IMG/VR virus record: IMGVR_UViG_3300010938_000951
Location: 202,900-266,899 of that record
Reading direction: 5' to 3' (one strand)
DNA length: 64,000 nucleotides
A program made the position numbers and the translations under genes. Position 1 is the stretch's first letter, and each line of letters starts with the position of its first letter. Below the pieces are notes generated by a model that saw nothing but the letters and a program-made list of their open reading frames with translations, had not been told where the DNA came from and did not search any database. Of this stretch, positions 56,132-64,000 are shown piece after piece.

Positions 56132-57145
56132 ATGAATATGTTTAGTGGTAAAGGCGAAATTAACGCCTCATCTTTCAAAGATGCATTGCAGGCATTGGTA
56201 AAGTATGCAGCCATTCTCGAAGAGAATGTTCCTGCCAACCAAGGTCTCGCCGGCCAACCAGCATTGAGCGATGAGAAGCGCGATGAGTTGATCACTCGTG
56301 CTATCATGACTCAGGACGGAAAGATTGCTCTTGCTCAGGCAATGGCAAACCCAATCCGTAGAAACTTAGATTACCACGGCATTGCCCGTCGTGCTCTAGT
56401 AGTTGATCCACTACCACAGGGAGCAATCCCAACCTACGACCGTGATATTGACGTAGCTGCTGTTGTTATTTCTAGCAACGGTACTGGTCCAGAATCCCGT
56501 GTCTTCGGTGACCGTGTAGTAGTTCCTGAGTTTGAAATCTACGCCAACCCAACGGTTCGTATCGCTGAGGTAAAGCGTCGTAGATTCAACGTCATTGACA
56601 GAGCAGTTCAGAAGGCTCGCCAAGAAATCATGGCCCAGGAAGATGCAAACATCTTCGCAGCTCTTGATGCGGCAGCCTCCGTTGAGAACACTCTCACTGA
56701 CATCGCCGATGCAGGTTTGCTAAAGCGTGACTTAGTTGAAATTAAGCAACAGATTGACCGTTGGGACTTGGTAACCACCAAGTACTTTATGAACATCAAC
56801 GAGTTCACTGACATCCTCAAGTGGGGATCTGGTGGTGGACAAGGTGTTGGCGGAGGAGACTTCGATCCAGTAACCATGCGTGAAGTTCTACAAACTGGTC
56901 TATACGCCCACATCTGGGGCACTGACATTATGGTCAGCAAGATTGTTCCACCTGGAACCATCTACGGTGTAGCCGATCCTGAGTTCGTTGGTGTAATGCC
57001 AATCCGTCAGGACATCGAAGTTCTACCAGCAGACGAGCCAAAGCAATTGAAGCTCGGATGGGTAGTCTCTGAGATTATCGGTATCGCCATTGTAAATCCT
57101 CGCGGATGCGCAGCAGGCAGAAAGAGCGTTGTTATCGGAGCCTAA
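56132..57145 (+). CDS. major capsid protein (HK97 fold)
   Basis: 337 aa; position after protease/scaffold and decoration genes; biased codon usage; strong terminator follows; ARRALVVDPLPQGAIPTYDRD, PEFEIYANP, RQEIMAQEDANIF pattern. Confidence 0.82.
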   Translation: MNMFSGKGEINASSFKDALQALVKYAAILEENVPANQGLAGQPALSDEKRDELITRAIMTQDGKIALAQAMANPIRRNLDYHGIARRALVVDPLPQGAIPTYDRDIDVAAVVISSNGTGPESRVFGDRVVVPEFEIYANPTVRIAEVKRRRFNVIDRAVQKARQEIMAQEDANIFAALDAAASVENTLTDIADAGLLKRDLVEIKQQIDRWDLVTTKYFMNINEFTDILKWGSGGGQGVGGGDFDPVTMREVLQTGLYAHIWGTDIMVSKIVPPGTIYGVADPEFVGVMPIRQDIEVLPADEPKQLKLGWVVSEIIGIAIVNPRGCAAGRKSVVIGA

Positions 57146-57171
57146 TTAAGCTACTGATTAGCTAAAAGCGT

Positions 57172-57208
57172 AAAGCCTCCTAGAGAAATCTAGGAGGCTT
57201 TTTTATTT
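57172..57208. terminator. bidirectional intrinsic terminator between MCP and convergent CCA gene
   Basis: AAAGCCTCCTAGA-GAAA-TCTAGGAGGCTTT followed by TTTATTT. Confidence 0.9.
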
Positions 57209-58452
57209 CAGTATTGTCTAGCATGCTCTAACAAACGATACTTAGTGTTATTCTGCGGGTTACGAAGAATTTCCAAATAACATTCATCCAATGCTTTTTT
57301 GATTCGAGGGCCAGCGGGCATTCCGGCAGCTATCAAATCATCTCCATTGATTGCCATTTCCTTGCGGGTTAAGACAACTAATCCTTTGTATTCCTCTAAC
57401 AATGCTCCAGCAGCCAAGCCCATAGGCTCAGCCAAATGTAGAAATTGTTTGAGGGTCACTTCCCAAGGGTCAGGGCTATGATTCTTTACCACCGCCATAA
57501 AGCTTTTATAGGCAGATTCAGAATGCTTTTCTTCAAATATAAAAAACTTTTCCAAAAGCTGTAATAAGAAAATAACTCTTTTGATTTCTTTGTTGGAGAA
57601 TTTCAAGTTGATTAATTCCTGTTGAACTTGTTCTATTGGAAGTTTATTATATAGAAAAGCCAATCTGGTTTCTAAAGTACCAAGACATTGATCTTGATGC
57701 GGAAGTAGGGGTAATTGTCTACCAGCCAAAAGTGGACAAGCAATATCGAGAGCGCCTGAATCTCTTAGAATTTGTAATCCATAAGATGGATGTGCAGACA
57801 TTAAGGTTTTAGATAATTCATCGCTAATACGTTCTTTTGACACTTTTTTCAAAGTATCAAGGCTTTCTTTCATACCTTGGAAAGTATTTTCATCAACTGC
57901 ATATCCAAAACGAGCAGCAAAACGAGCAACTCTCATAATGCGTAATCCGTCTTCTTGAAAGCGAACTAAGGGGTTTCCAACAGCTTTAATTAACCTTCTC
58001 TTTAAATCTGTAGCTCCATCAAATGGATCTGCAAAACGATGGCTAATGGGATCATATGCGATTGCATTAATAGTTAAATCTCGTCGAGCCAAGTCTTGGT
58101 TGACATCCATGACGAAGAAGACTTCATCAGGTCTACGGCCGTCAGAATATTCTCCTTCTATACGGAAAGTAGTAACTTCGAAGTGGTTTTCAACACCTTC
58201 TCCCATACAAACTGTGACTGTACCATGTTGCAGGCCAGTTGGAATGGTTTTGGAGAAAAGTTCCATTACTTTTTTAGGACTAGCATCCGTAGTGATATCC
58301 CAATCCTTGGGCTTCTGCCCCAGGAGAAGGTCACGTACACAACCACCTACTATAAAAGCCTGATAATTATGCTCATAAAGTATTTTGCAAATCTCAATTG
58401 CTTGGGGATGGATTAGATGTGTAGAAATAGGTCGATGTTCCATGGCGAGCAC
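57208..58452 (-). CDS. cca: tRNA nucleotidyltransferase (CCA-adding family, class II, no HD domain)
   Basis: Strand confirmed by reading the reverse complement (CAT at 58441-58443, TCA at 57208-57210); GGCVRD, DWDITT, RIEGEYSDGRRP loop, RRDLTINA, EDGLRIMRVARF, ERI, INGDDL tail. Confidence 0.93.
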   Translation of the reverse strand: MLAMEHRPISTHLIHPQAIEICKILYEHNYQAFIVGGCVRDLLLGQKPKDWDITTDASPKKVMELFSKTIPTGLQHGTVTVCMGEGVENHFEVTTFRIEGEYSDGRRPDEVFFVMDVNQDLARRDLTINAIAYDPISHRFADPFDGATDLKRRLIKAVGNPLVRFQEDGLRIMRVARFAARFGYAVDENTFQGMKESLDTLKKVSKERISDELSKTLMSAHPSYGLQILRDSGALDIACPLLAGRQLPLLPHQDQCLGTLETRLAFLYNKLPIEQVQQELINLKFSNKEIKRVIFLLQLLEKFFIFEEKHSESAYKSFMAVVKNHSPDPWEVTLKQFLHLAEPMGLAAGALLEEYKGLVVLTRKEMAINGDDLIAAGMPAGPRIKKALDECYLEILRNPQNNTKYRLLEHARQY

Positions 58453-58538
58453 TTTAAAACTTAAAAATTACGTGTCAAGCGGTCGTGTGTGTAATAAGTA
58501 GGCATATTACTAGAGTTCTATCAAAAAGACAGAGGAAA

Positions 58539-59249
58539 ATGAGTTTGTTAGAGGTTACCGACTTTTACAATTTGATTTCCAGGGGTTCCCAGGATGTGGG
58601 GTCTAGGAAACAATCCAGAATGCTACGTAAAGTAGCATTGGAATCAGTAACGTCTGGTCAAGGGTTTACTAAATTAGCCTTTGATACTCGTCGTATTGAT
58701 CAAGAAACTGAATACAATCCTCGTAGGGGACTTCAAAATTATCAACGTAGTGAACAATTTATTTCTGAAGGCATTGCTCAGCGAGTAAAGAATTTTGCTA
58801 AACTTCGTAAAGTTCTTAATGGAATAAAAGAAGTATATGGAAAAGAATATGAATGGCAAGATAGTAATGCCCGTATTCTATTAACCGCTGTTGATAAAGG
58901 ATTGCGCACTGGTATTGATGATGGAGATTTTGGGGCTCAAAATCAGCCAGGCGTAGGCAGCTTTGACTATTTAGAAGAACTTATGAATGTTAGATATCGT
59001 TTAACTTATGACGATCTAACTAGAATGGGTGAAGCAGAACTAAAGAATGTTATATTAGCAAAGGATGAAGAGCTTGTTCGCAAGGATGTAAAACAAGCTT
59101 TAGAAATCACCAAAACCGATGTTGCTACTAAGGGTTATGACTCACTAATTGAAAAGCTTTTAGAAGGATGCAAAGCAAGTGCTGAGAATCCAGATGTTGA
59201 AAGAACTATCACCATAACCATTAGAGACAAATTTCATAAAGAGGGCTAA
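58539..59249 (+). CDS. hypothetical protein
   Basis: GAGGA RBS before ATG 58539; LRKVAL motif. Confidence 0.72.
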   Translation: MSLLEVTDFYNLISRGSQDVGSRKQSRMLRKVALESVTSGQGFTKLAFDTRRIDQETEYNPRRGLQNYQRSEQFISEGIAQRVKNFAKLRKVLNGIKEVYGKEYEWQDSNARILLTAVDKGLRTGIDDGDFGAQNQPGVGSFDYLEELMNVRYRLTYDDLTRMGEAELKNVILAKDEELVRKDVKQALEITKTDVATKGYDSLIEKLLEGCKASAENPDVERTITITIRDKFHKEG

Positions 59250-59252
59250 GTC

Positions 59253-59942
59253 ATGGGAATGAATGTTTTCGCCCCCAATCAGCCTCAATGTGGACAATTT
59301 GTAGTAAGAAATGTCTCGCCACAACGTAAGACAATTTTTATTTTCAATTATCCAATCAATCTAAACGAAACTAGAGATTTACTAAAAATACCAGGAATCT
59401 TTGAGGCTGAAATTAAATCATCTTTAATGAAAGGAACTTTAAGAAGAAAGTTCTTAAATAAAGATATTGAACTAGTAATTAGTAATATTGATTTATTACA
59501 ATTCACCGATTGTGGAATCCAGTATCTAGAAGGTTATGGATTTACTACTGGTGTTAGAGTGGGATTTGATCAATTAGATGGTTATGTACAAAACTTAATT
59601 ACAAGTGGTGGCGGTGGCGGTCTTACTCCTCAGCAACATCAAACATTAAGACATTTAATTCATTTTATTGATCAAGGTCCAGGTGATGGTTTTGCATCAG
59701 GAGCATTCAAAGAAATCCTACCAAATAATAGTGCATTTCCAACATCTGTTACTTGGTATTTAGATGTAGCAAAAACAAAAAAGCTAGTTGAAAAATTTAT
59801 CACTTACACTAACAATACTTTCCCAACCACCATTCATTGGAATATGTATGACACAGATGGTGTAACTATTATCCATACGGTTATCGATACTATCACATAT
59901 AATTCTGCCTTTGAAGCCACCAGAACAAGGACGATAATCTAA
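59253..59942 (+). CDS. hypothetical probable virion protein
   Basis: Two parts joined by a GGGGG linker. Confidence 0.7.
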   Translation: MGMNVFAPNQPQCGQFVVRNVSPQRKTIFIFNYPINLNETRDLLKIPGIFEAEIKSSLMKGTLRRKFLNKDIELVISNIDLLQFTDCGIQYLEGYGFTTGVRVGFDQLDGYVQNLITSGGGGGLTPQQHQTLRHLIHFIDQGPGDGFASGAFKEILPNNSAFPTSVTWYLDVAKTKKLVEKFITYTNNTFPTTIHWNMYDTDGVTIIHTVIDTITYNSAFEATRTRTII

Positions 59943-60442
59943 TGTCTACCGAGTCACCAGCAGCGATTCTGTTTAATGAGCTTGGGTTTCCAATTGGAGT
60001 CCTGTATGATGGCTACGTCTATCGTTTACAAACACAGACAACAATTGATGACTCTGCTGGCCATGGACCAGTTACAGTTAAGCCGGGTGGTCAAGCGGCC
60101 GTCTCGTCCGACCGCGCCCTGGTTGTTGCCATCTCTCCAAACAATTCTTTTACAGTTAGTCCTACAAAACCAGCTACTAGCACTACATCTAGTGTGGCTG
60201 CATCTTTAAGCAATACTGTATTGCTGCCATCTAATAGTGTTAGAATAGGGGCAACTATTTATAATGACTCTTCATCATCATTATTATATGTAAAATTAGG
60301 TTCCACTGCTAGTAATACCGATTTTACAGTTAAAATTTTTCCATTAGGATATTATGAAGTTCCTTATGGATATACTGGTGAAATAGATGCAATTTGGTCT
60401 GTAGCCAGTGGTTTTGCTAGGATAGATGAATTAACACCATAA
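59942..60442 (+). CDS. virion surface/fibre-like beta protein
   Basis: C-terminal domain paralogous to that of 60504..61535 (RIGATIYN..LYVKLG..YYEVP..YTG). Confidence 0.6.
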   Translation: MSTESPAAILFNELGFPIGVLYDGYVYRLQTQTTIDDSAGHGPVTVKPGGQAAVSSDRALVVAISPNNSFTVSPTKPATSTTSSVAASLSNTVLLPSNSVRIGATIYNDSSSSLLYVKLGSTASNTDFTVKIFPLGYYEVPYGYTGEIDAIWSVASGFARIDELTP

Positions 60443-60503
60443 ACTACGAATAAACTAATATAATATAAGTAAGTAAACCAATTTTAACTTACGTGAGGCT
60501 TAA

Positions 60504-61535
60504 ATGTCAGGAGTATCTCCATCTTCAGTTTTGTTCAGCTCTGACGGCTATGAATTAGCCGTAACTTCGGGTGCTGCGTTCATCCCAGGTACACGTAGTA
60601 TTCTGTTTGCAGGTAATGATGGCACAGATACTCGTACCGTTTTAGTTGACTCGCTTGGTCGTCCAATAATTGTTGGCGCTGGCACAGCCGGTTCACCTGC
60701 TGGCGGAGTTGTATCTGTTCAGGGTGTAGTAGGCGGTACCGCTCTACCAATTTCTGGTACAGTCGCAGTAAGCTCTGTTTCTGGTACAGTAGCTGTTACC
60801 CAATCAACTTCTCCATGGGTTGTAAGCGGTACAGTTACTTCTAATCAAGGTACGCCTAACTCTCTAGCAAATGCTTGGCCAATTACCATCACTGACGGTT
60901 ATGGTCAAATTCAAGGTTCTGCTGTAAACCCTATTTATGTAACAGGATCTATTACAGCAACTAACCCATCTGTAGGAACAGATGATGGTCCGGCACTTGG
61001 TTTCGATACACAAGTTGGTGGTATTGTAAGCACTGCTGCTCCAACTTACACTAACGGCGATCTAAAAGCATTATCTCTAACTACTCTTGGTGGTCTAAGA
61101 ATTGATGGCGTATATGCAACTGGTACAGCTAATGCTACTGCTGCTGATGCCATAGTTTCCGGTGGTTATGTAACTACTGCTGCTCCAACTTATACGACTG
61201 GCCAGCTAAATGCTCTATCACTTGATACGGCTGGTAGTTTGCGTGTAGTAACCAAGAAAGCATCCGCCTCTACTGTTACCGCTGTTGCCGCTGTAGCTAA
61301 CTCAAGCTATACTGCTCTAGCAGCTAACACTAGCAGACTTGGTGCATTTATCTTTAACAACACTGGTAAAACTTTGTACATCAAGCTTGGTGCAACTGCT
61401 AGCACAACTAGCTTTACAACTGTACTCTTTAACCAAGCTTACTGGGAAGCACCAGCAGATTACACCGGTATCATTGATGTATTCTCACCAACTGGTACCG
61501 CTGGAACAGTACTTGTAACTGAAATCACTCCATAA
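60504..61535 (+). CDS. G/T/A/S-rich virion surface/fibre-like protein
   Basis: N-terminal AGNDGTDTR...GAGTAG.PAGGV module shared with 61635..63734. Confidence 0.6.
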   Translation: MSGVSPSSVLFSSDGYELAVTSGAAFIPGTRSILFAGNDGTDTRTVLVDSLGRPIIVGAGTAGSPAGGVVSVQGVVGGTALPISGTVAVSSVSGTVAVTQSTSPWVVSGTVTSNQGTPNSLANAWPITITDGYGQIQGSAVNPIYVTGSITATNPSVGTDDGPALGFDTQVGGIVSTAAPTYTNGDLKALSLTTLGGLRIDGVYATGTANATAADAIVSGGYVTTAAPTYTTGQLNALSLDTAGSLRVVTKKASASTVTAVAAVANSSYTALAANTSRLGAFIFNNTGKTLYIKLGATASTTSFTTVLFNQAYWEAPADYTGIIDVFSPTGTAGTVLVTEITP

Positions 61536-61563
61536 TCTAATTGAATAAGTTAGTATGAATGTC

Positions 61564-61600
61564 AAAAAGCCCACTAGAATATAGTGGGCTTTTTATTTTG
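61564..61600 (+). terminator. intrinsic terminator
   Basis: AAAAAGCCCACTA-GAATA-TAGTGGGCTTTTT followed by ATTTT. Confidence 0.88.
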
Positions 61601-61634
61601 TTCATAATACAGCATTAAACTAGGAAGAGGAAAC

Positions 61635-63734
61635 ATGTCATCAGGCTCAGAAGCAGTATTATATGATATTTATGGCGATCCTATGGCCGTTGAAGTGGAC
61701 ACTGCCATACCAGCGGGAACAGCTACTCTGGTCATTGGTGGCTCTGATGGTACTAATGCTAGGTTTATTAGAGTAGATTCTGATGGCTATCAAATGGTAA
61801 TGGGCTCAGGAACGGCAGGTTTTCCTAGTTCTGGAGTTATTACTATTCAAGGAGTTGTTGGTGGCATAAATGTACCAATATCTGGAACTGTTACAGCTAA
61901 TGCGGGATCTGGAAATTTTGCGGTTGTTCAAGCTACTGCCTCTAATCTATTAGCTAGTGTTGGCGGTTTAGGAGCAGCGGGAGCTGCTCCAGTTGGCAAT
62001 CCAGTTTTAATTGGAGGCTCTGATGGTACAAATACTAGAACAATTAGAACTGCAACTGATGGAACTGTTAGAGTCGATCCAACAGGCACAACCACACAAC
62101 CAATTTCAGGAACTGTTACAGCAAATGCTGGATCTGGCACTTTCACTGTGGCTGGAACTGTTACAGCAAATATTGGAACTCCTGGTGCATTAGCTTTAGA
62201 TGCTACATTAGCCAAATTAACTATTGCGCCAAATACTGCTATTGGCTCAAATACTTTGGCTATGGTTGGTGGCCATGTTACTACAGTATCTCCTACGTAT
62301 ACTAATGGAAATATTAATCCGTTGTCACTTACCACAGCCGGGGCTTTAAGGGTTGATGGATCTAATGTAGTACAGCCAGTTTCAATAAATGCTGGCAATA
62401 ATAATATTGGAGATGTAGATGTAGCTACAATAGCCGGAGTAGCAGATTCAGGAAATTCTAGTACATCAACTTTAGGATCAGGAGCCACTTTTACCGGAAC
62501 TGCTTTTGATACGTTAAATTTTCCGACTGCTGTAGTTATTGTTAAATCAGATGTGGCTTCAGCTACTAACGGATTAAAATTTCAATGGTCAGGAGATGGA
62601 ACTAATTGGGATGTTGAGTCAGGATCTGAAGTTTTAGCAAATGGCGGTAGAGGTTTTCATGTATCTCATCGTGGAAGATATTTTAGAATTCAATATGTAA
62701 ATGGCGGTTCTGCTCAAACATTTTTCCGATTGAATGTTATTCATAGACCATCAACAGTAGGAATTATTACTAGACCGTTAGATGATAATATTGACGACAA
62801 AAATTTTGCCCAGATTACCAGATCGGTGTTAACGGCTAAAACTCCTGGCGGCTCTTATGTTAATATCAATGCTAACAATGGTGGTAATCTAAAAACCACA
62901 AATGATTCCGCTTATAATGAAGATACTGTTCATAATACTGGTGATATGGGAACATTTGTACTCGGTGTACGAAACGACTCAGCATCTTCATTAACCAATG
63001 CAAATGGAGATTATTCTCCATTTGCAACCGATTCGGCTGGGCGCTTGGGAGTATCAGACTTGGGCGGCTCTATTACTGTTGATGGAACCGTTATTACAGT
63101 AGGCGCCGCTGCTGATGGTGCTCCTCCATCTGGTAATCCTGTACTTATAGCAGGACAAGATGGCACAAATGTTCAAACGCTAAAAACTGATACTGTTGGT
63201 CGTATTGAAGTGGCAGTCACAGGCACCCAACCAAGTTTTTATGCTGTATTTGATCGCATTACATTAGCTACGAACAAATATCTTGCAACTTTATTTAACA
63301 CAAGTTCCACTAGAAAAGTAGTTATTCAGAGAATTTGGGTTTATAATTGGCAATCAGGCGCTGTTGTTGGCGCTAATGGAGACTCTGTATTATGGAGAAT
63401 TACTGCTCGTACAGCAGGAACTACAGTTACACCACGCGCAGAAGATTCTAATGATACATTGTCTGCAGGCATTTCAGCAGATACAAATAGTACAGTAGTT
63501 ACTCAAGATCATTTAATTATGAGAATAATTCATAGCGGTGATGAGACTAATTTAGCAAATGCTAACTGGGTAAACGCTCCTGTTTTTGCTAATCATGCTT
63601 TACGTTATGAAAGAAAAAGTGGAAATAGAGGAATTACTTTGCGACAAAATCAAGGTATTTCATTACAGTGGATAACTGGAGATGCCGATGGTACTTGGTC
63701 TATTGTTTATGAATTTACAGATGAGGCATCATGA
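61635..63734 (+). CDS. G/T-rich tail-fibre/surface-like protein with repeated GNPVLI.G.DGTN modules
   Basis: 699 aa; internal repeats; beta-sandwich-like C-terminal segment. Confidence 0.6.
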   Translation: MSSGSEAVLYDIYGDPMAVEVDTAIPAGTATLVIGGSDGTNARFIRVDSDGYQMVMGSGTAGFPSSGVITIQGVVGGINVPISGTVTANAGSGNFAVVQATASNLLASVGGLGAAGAAPVGNPVLIGGSDGTNTRTIRTATDGTVRVDPTGTTTQPISGTVTANAGSGTFTVAGTVTANIGTPGALALDATLAKLTIAPNTAIGSNTLAMVGGHVTTVSPTYTNGNINPLSLTTAGALRVDGSNVVQPVSINAGNNNIGDVDVATIAGVADSGNSSTSTLGSGATFTGTAFDTLNFPTAVVIVKSDVASATNGLKFQWSGDGTNWDVESGSEVLANGGRGFHVSHRGRYFRIQYVNGGSAQTFFRLNVIHRPSTVGIITRPLDDNIDDKNFAQITRSVLTAKTPGGSYVNINANNGGNLKTTNDSAYNEDTVHNTGDMGTFVLGVRNDSASSLTNANGDYSPFATDSAGRLGVSDLGGSITVDGTVITVGAAADGAPPSGNPVLIAGQDGTNVQTLKTDTVGRIEVAVTGTQPSFYAVFDRITLATNKYLATLFNTSSTRKVVIQRIWVYNWQSGAVVGANGDSVLWRITARTAGTTVTPRAEDSNDTLSAGISADTNSTVVTQDHLIMRIIHSGDETNLANANWVNAPVFANHALRYERKSGNRGITLRQNQGISLQWITGDADGTWSIVYEFTDEAS

Positions 63735-64000
63735 GTATAACTTTAGGTTCAGGGCTGATACAAATAAATCGTGATTGGGCCGGATTCAAATCTGTTGTTG
63801 CATCTAAATCATTATCTATGCAATATGAAGATACAGGCAGCCAGTATGAAATATTTGCCATTGATAGTATGATAGTATATACTACTATTATATATACTGG
63901 CACTGTTCCTACTGGTGCAGGAATAACACAAGTAGATAATGACAATAATAAATCTGATTTTGAAACAAATTTCAAGCCATTTGCTAACCAACCATTAACC
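63731..64000 (+). CDS. hypothetical protein, 3'-truncated by window
   Basis: ATGA overlap with the upstream stop; 90 open codons (MSITLGSGLIQINRDW...) to the window end. Confidence 0.7.
   Translation, partial: MSITLGSGLIQINRDWAGFKSVVASKSLSMQYEDTGSQYEIFAIDSMIVYTTIIYTGTVPTGAGITQVDNDNNKSDFETNFKPFANQPLT

Noticed and set aside
1-64000. Active stop-codon recoding (code 4 or 15)
   Set aside because: Conserved genes (dnaE, recA, terL, portal, MCP) are intact under code 11, and TGA overlaps next-gene starts as a true stop; only TAG avoidance is retained as a finding
1-64000. Eukaryotic giant virus or bacterial chromosome origin
   Set aside because: Shine-Dalgarno sites, DnaE/RecA/TF, terminase-portal-protease-capsid order and intrinsic terminators indicate a tailed phage; no housekeeping operons
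59942-64000. Diversity-generating retroelement TR/VR in fibre genes
   Set aside because: Repeats are diverged protein-level paralogy rather than adenine-specific near-identical pairs, and no reverse transcriptase is present in the window

Overview
The window is a gene-dense, AT-rich segment of a large (jumbo-type) tailed bacteriophage genome. It uses standard code 11, has Shine-Dalgarno sites, and almost all genes lie on the + strand. Bases ~1-22.9 kb are a replication, recombination and host-takeover module: SbcD/SbcC (Mre11/Rad50), dNMP kinase, PD-(D/E)XK nuclease, trigger factor, a stand-alone M41 peptidase domain, DnaE, RecA, gp32-like SSB, RuvC-like resolvase, DnaJ, a Zn-ribbon protein next to a primase lacking its ZBD, and a sigma-region-4-like HTH. 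Bases ~23-57 kb are a long head-morphogenesis module: many unknown proteins, an atypical class II nucleotidyltransferase, an antisense HNH, terminase, portal, GH73 muramidase, Cys phosphatase, protease-scaffold, two decoration-like paralogs, putative ejection proteins and the major capsid protein. An antisense CCA-adding enzyme and virion surface/fibre-like genes follow. The strongest unexplained signals, all found by eye and unverified by search, are: (i) a shared hydrophobic-x-K-x-A motif in about 20 head-module proteins including the capsid N-terminus, a candidate maturation-protease code that in two genes would expose membrane-type N-termini; (ii) a second shared helical motif in at least 7 of these proteins, a candidate capsid-loading signal; (iii) a head-cluster nucleotidyltransferase whose EDxxR base-templating motif is changed to SNxxR; (iv) an unannotated 50-aa mini-paralog of the C-terminus of its downstream gene; (v) three consecutive early genes ending in K-[GR]-S-F-[RS]-R; (vi) no TAG stop among 66 complete genes. 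No tRNA, rRNA or CRISPR array was recognised. All functional calls come from motif recognition only; no database search was run.
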